From positions 39,680,001 to 39,744,000 of the forward strand of contig OX597837.1 in assembly GCA_951406725.2 (NCBI GenBank): a stretch of DNA of 64,000 nt, written 5' to 3'. This document shows, one piece after another, positions 53,131 through 64,000 of the stretch; within the stretch, counting starts at the first letter, position 1, and the number at the start of each line of letters is the position of its first letter. A program made the position numbers and the translations under genes. The stretch comes from Octopus vulgaris. Lineage: Eukaryota. Below the pieces are notes generated by a model. That model searched no databases and was not told where the DNA came from. It was given only the letters and a program-made list of their open reading frames with translations.

Positions 53131-53244
53131 CTAACCCAGCTAAGCCATCGTCAGCAGTCCGGTGATGGCTTAGCTGGCCGAAGCTTCGAAGTCACTGTTA
53201 ACAACATTTTTGCATAAGAATAATATATACATATATATATATAT

Positions 53245-53288
<44 letters not shown>

Positions 53289-53449
53289 TGCAGGAGTGGC
53301 TATGTGGTAAGTAGCTTGCTTACCAACCACATGGTCCTGGGTTCAGTACCACTGCGTGACTTTTTGACCAAGTGTCTTCTACTATAGTCTCAAGCCGACC
53401 AAAGCCTTGTGAGTGGATTTGGCAGATGGAAACTGAAAGAACCCCGTCG

Positions 53450-53551
<102 letters not shown>

Positions 53552-53764
53552 AATGTAAGTCTTTTCCATTTTTCCCGAGCGTCAAACTAATACACTTGCT
53601 TGTTGTTCCTACACCAACCTCGTCTTCTATAAATTTGAACTATATACATACATATATATAATATATACTTACATACATATCATACACACACACATACACA
53701 CATATATTCATATATATACATAATATATACATAATATATATATAATATATATAAAATATATATA

Positions 53765-53846
<82 letters not shown>

Positions 53847-54369
53847 ATATACATTACACATACACATATATATATATATACGTAAGTGTATATCTATACA
53901 TATCTATAAACATACGTACGCATGAATCTACTAATGAACCAATCGGATTATGTACGTATATAAGTATAAATCACTCCATATCTACATCAAAATCTATACG
54001 ATACACAAATACACACATAATATGCAAAAAAAGTATATACTTCGTTATGCGTATATATACAAACACAGACGTATACACACATTGAAATATATAAAATATA
54101 AACTTGTATAATCCTATTATATTATTTACTTACATACACTTACTTTCTCTCCTGACTTCTTATCCTTTATTATTAATAAAACTCATTTTGTTTCCGATTA
54201 AATAGTGTAATGCGGATTATCGTCTCTTTTAAATACCAAAGATGGTTTAAAGATACAGACATTTTTTTTACCGAAATGATAGGAAGAAAGAAAGAAAGAA
54301 AGAAAGAGTAAAATTATGGAAGACAGAAGAACAATAATATTCTTATTAGTTGTATAAAAATCTATACGC

Positions 54370-54593
54370 TTTTTACTCTTTTTCTCTTTTACTTGTTTCA
54401 GTCATTTGACTGCGGCCATGCTGGAGCACCGCTTTTTTAATCGAGCAAATCGACCCCAGAACTTATTCTTTTGTAAGCCCAGTACTTATTCTATCAGTCT
54501 CTTTTGCCGAACCGCTAAGTGACGGGGACGTAAACACACCAGCATCGGTTGTCAAGCAATGCTAGAGGGACAAACACAGACACACAAACACAT

Positions 54594-54626
<33 letters not shown>

Positions 54627-54797
54627 CATATATACGACAGGCTTCTTTCAGTTTCCGTCTAACAAATCCACTCACAAGGCATTGGTCGGCCCGGGGCTAT
54701 AGCAGAAGACACTTGCCCAAGATGCCACGCAGTGGGACTGAACCCGGAACCATGTGGTTGGTTAGCAAGCTACTTACCACACAGCCACTCCTGCGCC
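54370..54797 (-). mobile_element. SINE family A, full length
   Basis: Consensus match. Confidence 0.88.
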
Positions 54798-55366
54798 TAT
54801 CGGTATAAAGGAACAATAATGCAAAAAAAAAAAATAGAAGAAACAAAATGAAGAAATCTCTTCGGTAAGATTCTTGTATGAATTTCCACTTTTAAATTGT
54901 TCCACAGAAATATTCTTCCCTTCATAAGTTATAAACTAGAAACTGAAGAATATGGTTAAAAATATAAAATAATAAACATTTTTTGTATTTTTATTTGTCT
55001 CATCAGAGCATTTTTTAAAAATATTTGTGCCATTAAATGGATTTTCTATTTTACCGTTTTGATCGAGAATATTTCTTAAGTAAACAATGTAGCTTGTTTT
55101 TCATGTTGTTGTTGGTGTTGTTATTGTAGAAGTTGTTGTTGTTGTTGGTGTTTTAGCCCCAGGCAAACCGTTATTGAGAAGACATATCATCAAAAGCGTT
55201 CCGGCGTGTTGATTCAGTCTTCCTTTTATTCGAAGATGTGTGTGTGTGTATGTATGTATGTATGTATGTATGTATGTATGTATGTATGTATGTATGTATG
55301 TATGCATGCATGTATGTATGTATGTATGTATGTATGTATGTATGTATGTATATATATATACATACA

Positions 55367-55398
<32 letters not shown>

Positions 55399-55550
55399 CA
55401 TGCATAAATATATATATATGTATATATATATGTATAATATATATATATGTATATATATAACTATATGTATATATATGTATATATATATATATATTATATA
55501 TGTATAATTTATACTTACATATATGTATATAAATATATATGTATAATATA

Positions 55551-55587
<37 letters not shown>

Positions 55588-55666
55588 ATATCTATATGTA
55601 TATATATATATATGTATATGCATATATATGTATATATATATATACAAGTATATATACATGTTTGTG

Positions 55667-55732
<66 letters not shown>

Positions 55733-55789
55733 CTATATCTATATGTATATATATATATATGTATATGCATATATATGTATATGCATATG

Positions 55790-55832
<43 letters not shown>

Positions 55833-55860
55833 ACAAGTATATATACATGTTTGTGTATTT

Positions 55861-55920
<60 letters not shown>

Positions 55921-55959
55921 CGTATGTATATATACATTGATGTGTTCAGCTCCGACGAC

Positions 55960-56011
<52 letters not shown>

Positions 56012-56021
56012 GTGCATATAT

Positions 56022-56081
<60 letters not shown>

Positions 56082-56795
56082 TTATACATACACACACATA
56101 TATATATTTATTTTTTTAGGGACAGAATAATTATGTTAATAACCATAGTGAAGTGCTGCCACCTTGTACAGTAACGTCAAAGATTGAGACGCAGCGATTC
56201 AGCGCGAGAATTACGTTAAGAGTAGAATTGTCTGCGGAACACTCGACCACTAACACTATAATTCATTGTGAAGGTCGGTTTTATTTTGATACCATAGAAC
56301 AACTAGCAGTCTACATTCCTCGTCGAAACTGACGAAGATCCATTTGCTTTATTTCCATTTGCTAATCAAGGTTTTATATACATATTTCCTGCGTTCATTA
56401 AAGAGTAAGTCTTATAAAGCTTCATTAGTCAGACGTCAAAGTAAATTAATGAAATTTATTTATAACTGTCGAAAACTAAATAAATTTAATTGTAACTGGC
56501 AGTGACTAAATCAAATTTGTCTGGTAGCAAAATAAGTGTTTCTGTACAAATTATTGTTATATACTAGCAACCGTACTCAACCACGCCCAGGTTTATTTAT
56601 TCAAAATATATGCCATCACACGAAATCGATAAATTTGTATAAAAATTTACTGAAATACTTTGAAGAAACTACTTAAGTAATTAGCAAAAATATTTTGGAG
56701 AAATTTCTTAGAAATTGATTGAAGCATTTTGGAGAAATTGCCAAAAAAGTTGCTCTTATATTTTGAATAAACTGCCTTGAAATGTTGGTGAAATA

Positions 56796-57188
56796 TTTTT
56801 ATATATAAAAGTGAAGTTGTGTGTCTGTCTCCTACGATTTAGATTCCTAACTACTCCCACATTTTGCGGTGCAGTTTAACCAAAACCGGGTATCTTATAG
56901 TCGTGATTCACATCGAGCCCTTCTGGGTATTAGCGCGCGTCTACGATGAGTCTACGATTAAAAAAAAAATTACCATCAATTTTTCCCATTTTTAATGCAT
57001 TTTTGGCATATATAAGGGAAGTAACTCTCTAAAAATTTATTAAATCTCAGAACGTAAAAAAGCTACAGTAACACCCCCCCCCCTTTGTGGTTAGCCATAT
57101 TGAGATGGCTATAATACTTTACTTCTCTAAAAATGCTTAAATAGTTATTTCTCTTACAAACCCGAGCAACGCCGGGCGATACTGCTAG
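56796..57188 (+). mobile_element. Non-autonomous Helitron, copy 2
   Basis: Ends cccgagcaacgccggg-cgatactg-CTAG|T; body homologous to 50212-50566. Confidence 0.8.
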
Positions 57189-57904
57189 TTTTGTATAAAT
57201 TTCGCTTTAAAATTTTGTTGAAATATTTCGAATAAACTGCCTAAAAATGTTTTCAAATATTTTGGAAAAAGTACTTCAAAATGTTGGATAAATTGCTGTA
57301 AGATGTTTGCGAAATACTTTAGTTAAAATGCTTTAAAATATTAGTGAAATATTTTGTATTTTTTTTACTTGTTTCAGTCATTTGCGGTCATGTTGGAGGA
57401 CCGCCTTTAGTCGAGCTAATCGACTCCAGAACATAGAGCCTTTGTACGCATCTAGATTTGTATCATTTCTATGTTTTGTGTGTGTGAGCATATATATACA
57501 CCTACGCACACACACACTCAAAACATACAAATGATACAAATGATACAAATTTAGATGCACATAAAGGCTCTGTGTATATGTGTATGTATGTATATGTATA
57601 TATATGTATGTATGCATGTATGTATGTATGCATGTATGTATATATATGTATATATATGTATGTATGCATGTATGTATATATATGTATATATGTCTATATA
57701 TGTATATATATATGTATATATATATATATATGTATGTATATATATATGTATGTATATATATATGTATGTATATATATATATGTATGCATATATATATCTA
57801 TATCTATGTATGTATCTATATATATATGTATATATATATATGTATATATATATGTAAGTATATATATATGTATATATATGTATATATATATGCATATATG
57901 TATA

Positions 57905-57965
<61 letters not shown>

Positions 57966-58066
57966 TGAAGCTTTCCAAGCTTCTTGCACCGTGATATCTG
58001 AAATTTTGTGCAGGATCACGGCCTTTCGTTAGCATGCAAAATTTGGTTGTCAGATAAATTCATTTG

Positions 58067-58105
<39 letters not shown>

Positions 58106-58280
58106 TCCTTCTTTGTTTTCTTCTACTTAGCACTCACTCCATCATCCTTGTCTAAAAAGTGGTAACAGTTTATTCAAATTTCGGAAACCATAAACCAAAC
58201 TTCCAGAGGAAGTATGAAGTAACATACGAAAGACCCATAAAAAACCACAATTAAATAATTAATTAATTCAAATAATATTA

Positions 58281-58692
58281 GGCGCAGGAGTGGCTGTGTG
58301 GTAAGTAGCTTGCTTACGAGCCACATGGTTCCGGGTTCAGTCCCACTGCGTGGCACCTCGGGCGGGTGTCTTCTACTATAGCCTCGGGCCGACCAAAGCC
58401 TTGTGAGTGGATTTGGTAGACGGAAACTGAAAGAAGCCCGTCGTATGTATATATATATATATATATGTGTGTATGTGCGTGTTTGTGTGTCTGTGTTTGT
58501 CCCCCCCCCCAACATTGCTTGACAACCGATGCTTGGTATGTTTACGTCCCCGTAACTTAGCGGTTCGGCAAAAAAGAGACCGATAAAATAAGTACTAGGC
58601 TTACTTATAAAATAAGTCCTGGGGTCGATTTGATCGACTAAAAAAGGCGGTGCTCCAGCATGGCCACAGTCACATGACTGAAACAAGTAAAA
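58281..58692 (+). mobile_element. SINE family A, full length
   Basis: Consensus match. Confidence 0.88.
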
Positions 58693-59380
58693 TAAACTAA
58701 AAAAAATAAATAAATATTAGAAAAGATGAAATAAACGAGACGAAGGGGAGGTCTTGGGGCAATAACGAACAAATTTATCTGACAACCCATTATCTTTGGA
58801 GCTACACTTAACTCTAAGTAATTGCTGAATTCTATTTTAATTGCGACGATCTACAACCATTATTTTTTTTCGATAATTCAAAGATTTATGGTGAAATCTT
58901 TTTGTAGTAGAATAATTTCTAAAAATTTACCGTGATCCAAATTGATTCCAAATTCCTTTTTTTTTTTTTGAAACAGACGAAGATAAATTAATGCTTAAAT
59001 AGCGCGAATAATTTTTCTGTTCGTAATATGCACCCGTAATTAAATAACTCTTTATTTTTCTCGATTTATTTTCTGAGCAAAGAACTACATTTTTTTTGTG
59101 ATCTGAAGTGAATCGATTGATTTATCTTATCTCTTTACATTTCAATCTCTATCGATTTAACGTCTATTCACGGAAAAGAATTTTTTCCTTTATATATATA
59201 TATACATAAAGAAGGCGCAGGCGTGGCTGTGTGGAAAGTAGCTTGCTTATCAGCCACATGGTTCCGGGTTCGGTCCCACTGCGTGGCATCTTGGGCAAGT
59301 GTCTTCTACCATAGCCTCGGGCCGACCAAAGTTTTGTGACTGGATTTGTTAGACGGAAACTGAAAGAAGCTGTCGTATAT

Positions 59381-59423
<43 letters not shown>

Positions 59424-59424
59424 G

Positions 59425-59458
<34 letters not shown>

Positions 59459-59924
59459 TGCATATGTATATGTTTGTGTGTCTGCGTTTGTCCCCCACCA
59501 TCGCTTGACAACCGATGCTGGTGTGTTTACGTCCCCGTAACTTAACGGTTCGGCAATACAAATCGATATAATAAGTACTAGGCTTACAAAGAATAAGTCC
59601 TGGGGTCGATTTGTTCGACTAAAAGGTGGTTCTTCAAAGTTGGATTCCCAAGCTTGACCAATTAAGGACGGTAGATATAATCCAACCATTTCGTCTGGGC
59701 TTGAAAAATCTATCATGAGTTTCTTCCTTGTGATGTTCTCATCATATGTCGGTAGTACCAGAGCTATGACCTCTCAATGCGGAGAAATTGCGGTTCGATC
59801 TAGAGAGAGATTTCCTTATATCCAAGCTAAGGACCTTGACGAGTAACGTTACTCCAGAAATCCCTTGTAATTCGCGATCGTACGCTTTCGTTTTTGAAAT
59901 TTGAATACATTTTTACCTCTGTCA

Positions 59925-60260
59925 GACATGGTTCAGTGGTTAGAGCGTCGGGCTCACAATAATTAGATAGTGGGTTCGATTTCCGGACCGGGCTGTGTGT
60001 CATGTTCTTGTGCAAGATGCTTTATTTCACATTACTCCAGTTAACTCAGCTGTAGAAATGAGTTGTGATGCCATTGGTGCTAAGCTGCACCGGCCTTTGC
60101 CTTCCGCTTGGATACCATCGGTGTCTTGGAGAGGGGAGGCTGGTATGCATGGGAGACTGTTGGTCTTCCATAAACAACCTTGCTCGGACTTGTGCTTCGG
60201 AAGGGAACTTCCTAGATGCAATCTTATGGTCATTCATCACCGAAAGGAGTTTTTAACCTT
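59925..60260 (+). mobile_element. tRNA-derived SINE family E
   Basis: tggttcagtggttagagcg A-box, gggttcgatttcc B-box. Confidence 0.8.
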
Positions 60261-60309
60261 TTATCAGATATTTGACGAGTGAGTGTCAAATAGAAACCAC
60301 ACATAATCG

Positions 60310-60352
<43 letters not shown>

Positions 60353-60377
60353 GACGAACGAAATTATTTGACAACCC

Positions 60378-60426
<49 letters not shown>

Positions 60427-60450
60427 GGAATGATAAAAATAAAAATAATA

Positions 60451-61015
60451 AATCCCCTGATGCAGTACCAGTCAGGGGCTCTCATGGCTTCTGATCTTAA
60501 CTGGTTTGAAGTGTTATCATGTACATTGTTTTGTCTTGGTATAAAAGATGGGCTACAGCAAATATTCTGCTCAATACCACAGATTTGCTGGTCAGTTGTT
60601 TGACCTTAACCAGTTGACCATGTCCCTTGGTGGCTGACGATATGTGCATCTCTGATGACGAGCAAGAGTAGTGGGGGAGCATCAAAGCCAGGTGTTGAGA
60701 GGAATTCTTTGGAGTTTGAATAATTCACCTCTGGAAACATGGGTGATTCGTTCAATATCCTTAAACAATTTTTATTCAGGGACCTTTTGAGTGGGATGGG
60801 TTACTTGACCAGAAGAAATTTCTAACTGGGCTCCACCTGCAAGGTCATGTGCTGTTTATTTTGATATGAGATCACCATGTCGCGCACATGTGGTTGTGAT
60901 GCATGTGCCTAGTGTACCCTTATCAGACGGGTAGTCATGATGGGTATACTGGGCTTCGTAAATTTTACCCCTGTGTCACTTTGATGGCATGCACTGATGC
61001 GCTGCTTTCTCACTC
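60451..61015. mobile_element. ~560-bp element in (TAA)n, copy 2
   Basis: Colinear with 155-696. Confidence 0.75.
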
Positions 61016-61064
<49 letters not shown>

Positions 61065-61370
61065 TTAGGAATGATAAAAATAATAATAGGAATGATAAAA
61101 AAGGTACTGAAACCTATTTGAAAATGATACCAGGCTTACCATCCCTACAGGAAGTGCAAAAAATCGTGTTAACTGGAACGACTCATGTACTGAGAAGAAC
61201 ATTATTGCTGTGAAGACATCACTTATATGAATTTATTTATTTATTAATTTTTTAAATACATATTTTACCTGTGAATTTGCGTGTGTAATCTTGGAATGCA
61301 TACAATGAGCTTCTCTGCCCTAGGTATTACGGAAAACACTCGGCGAGAAGCGGAAGAAAATTTGAAGGAA
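61065..61370 (+). mobile_element. R4/Dong-like LINE extreme 3' fragment
   Basis: GMIKK..MIPGLPSLQEVQKIVLTGTTHVLRRTLLL*, 3' UTR similar to 46700-46945, ending in (TAA)n. Confidence 0.75.
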
Positions 61371-61423
<53 letters not shown>

Positions 61424-61959
61424 TAATAATAATAATAACAACAATAATAATAATAATAATAAAAAGCAAAGAAGAAATGGACTAAGAGTTCCTTGAAAAA
61501 GTAAGTTTAACCAAATACCGCATGACATACTTTCGCAAAAACATTTGCTATCGCGTATTTTCTCAAAATAAAAAGAGGCCATTTTAACTAACGAATATGT
61601 CAGACTTGACAAGCGAGGGCATTATTCCTTTCTATTTTTATCTTAATCGATCAACAGCCACTTCTGAACGATTGCAAAGTTATCCAAAATGGTGGTGTTT
61701 AAAACGTTTCTATAATATCGTTCAGTAAATTTTTGCAATTTCTTCACGTGTCTCCTTGATGCATTCTCCTATTTAAATGTTGACATCTTAGGATATAGAA
61801 CCAACTTATATCAGAAATAATTACTCGCAGAGATTCTTTATTCTTTCCCCGCCTCTTTTTACTCTGTGATTGATTCTTATTCTTTTGGCTTTGATATTTA
61901 TTCTTATTTTCCATTTTTTTTTGTATTTATTCTGCATCCGTTTTTATCATTTCTTTCCC

Positions 61960-61974
61960 CTTTGCTGCTGCTGC

Positions 61975-62014
<40 letters not shown>

Positions 62015-62500
62015 CTTCTTCTTCTTCTTCTTCTTCTTCTTCTTCTTCTTCTTCTTCTTCTTCTTCTTCTTCTTCTTCTTCTTCTTCTTCTTCTTCTTCT
62101 TCTTCTTCTTCTTCTTCTTCTTCTTCTTCTTCTTCTTCATCTTCTTTTTCTTCTTGTTCTTCTTCTTCTTCTTCATCTTCTTTTTCTTCTTGTTCTTCTT
62201 GTTCTTCTTGTTCTTGTTCTTCTTTTTCTTGAGTTCTGTCATCCCCTCCCCTTCCTCATCTTCTTCTTCCTCCTCCTCATTCTCCTGCTCTTCCTCCACA
62301 TTCTTCACCCCTTTCCCATATCCTCATCCCCACCCCCGCCATCGCCATCGCCAATCATGTAGAAAGATTGTTAATCTCTCAGCTAAAGGGGTTTTTCCAT
62401 TAATGGTTCTCTTCGATTCCACGATACACTCAAAGACTGCTAAGACTAATTTCCAAGATTGCAAAATCGTACCACAAATATCGATGACAGCATCATCATC

Positions 62501-62542
<42 letters not shown>

Positions 62543-62576
62543 GTCATCATCATCATCATCATCATCATCCTCATCG

Positions 62577-62635
<59 letters not shown>

Positions 62636-63011
62636 TTCATCATCCACCTCCTCATCATCATCATCATCATTATCATCATCATCATCAGCAGCAGCAGCAG
62701 CAACGAATATTAATTGTAAAGAACGACTGTAGCAATTAGGAAAAACGACTTGATGCAAATATAATTAAAAAAAAACCAATAAACCCACCACCAAAAAAAA
62801 CAACCAAAAACAAACAGGACAGCAAAAAGTGCAACATCATCGCCGTCGTCATCATTTCTTTTCTCCGCCTCCTCCTCCTCCTCATCATCATCATCATCAC
62901 CTCATTTTCTTGTTGCTGTTGTTCATCTTCTACAATTATTACTACCACCATCACCACCACCATTACCACCATCACTACCACAACTATTTCTTTTCGCATT
63001 TCATGTACTTT

Positions 63012-63070
<59 letters not shown>

Positions 63071-63350
63071 TCTACGATGCAACTACTTCTTTAGCACTTC
63101 TGGCACTTTCTTCTTCTTCTTCTTCTTCTTCTTCTTCTCATCGTCGTTGTCATCGTTGTCCTTGTCCTCCTTTTTTTCACTCCTCTTCTTCTTCATCCTC
63201 CTCCTCAATTTTCTCCCCTTCCTCATCTTTCCTCTCGTCTTTCTCCCCCTTCTTCACTGCGTTACTACCACCGCCACCACCGCCACCACCGCCCCACCAC
63301 CCCACCACACCACCCCACCACCATCCATCCATCCATCCATCCATCCATTT
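61960..63350. repeat. Cluster of trinucleotide microsatellites (TTG, TTC, CAT, CTA, CAC)
   Basis: Directly visible. Confidence 0.9.
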
Positions 63351-64000
63351 GCCCCTTATTCCAACCCCATCGGCACATTTGTCAAATCACATATCCATTC
63401 TTATATCTCTCTGCAGTTTTAAGTAGGTTTTCTAGTAATAGCGAGAGTGGTAGTCATGATGGGTATACTGGGCTTCGTATATAACCCCTGGTGGGGTTGT
63501 CTCTTAAACATAGTTTATTCCTTCTTCTTTTTTCCTCTTAATATAATTCACGTTATAGAGAGTGATTTATAAATTCGTTCATAGCTTTATAGCCATCGGT
63601 TGTTTTATTTATTTCGGTTTTGTATTTGGTTTGTAAGCTCCTTGATGTGAATGATTGTGTTGAACCACACATTTTCTTGTATCTCGGGAGGGTCATTATG
63701 CCAATAATAAACACACGCACTGGTTCTGTTTCACTTCATTTATTAGAACATAGGATACATCGCTTCACAATAACTGTTCAGTCTCTCTAATTGCCGAGTT
63801 GAAATCCCACTCGGACTAAACACGCGTTTCATAATTTAAAGGCGGCAATCTGTCAGAATCATTAACTCGTCGGATGAATTGATTCTAAGCATTCTGTCCG
63901 GCTTTACGTTCTGAGTTCAAATTCCACTGAGGTCGACTTTACCTTTAATCCTTTCCGGATCGATAAAATACAAACCAATCCAAAATTAGTATATTAAAAA

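Overview
AT-rich eukaryotic DNA, dense in microsatellites and SINEs. The tRNA-derived SINE families and repeat landscape look like an octopod cephalopod (inference). Three genes can be built by hand with canonical GT-AG splice sites. (1) The 5' part of a CEP63/DEUP1-family gene on the minus strand, running off the left edge. (2) A complete 5-exon, 199-aa COMMD2 on the plus strand, head-to-head with it across a short ETS-motif-rich promoter. (3) A 59-aa SMCO4 on the minus strand, with one coding exon. From ~27 kb to the end I see no convincing exon, only SINEs, R4/Dong LINE relics, mariner, Helitron and MITE-like elements and simple repeats. Most ORFs in the supplied track are microsatellite or SINE artefacts. 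The most interesting unannotated signal is a set of minimal hammerhead-ribozyme-like motifs of the Penelope type. They include a U3-A8 compensatory-core variant, and several sit at the centre of fold-back palindromes near (TA)n tracts. Repeat boundaries are approximate; exon boundaries were counted by eye.
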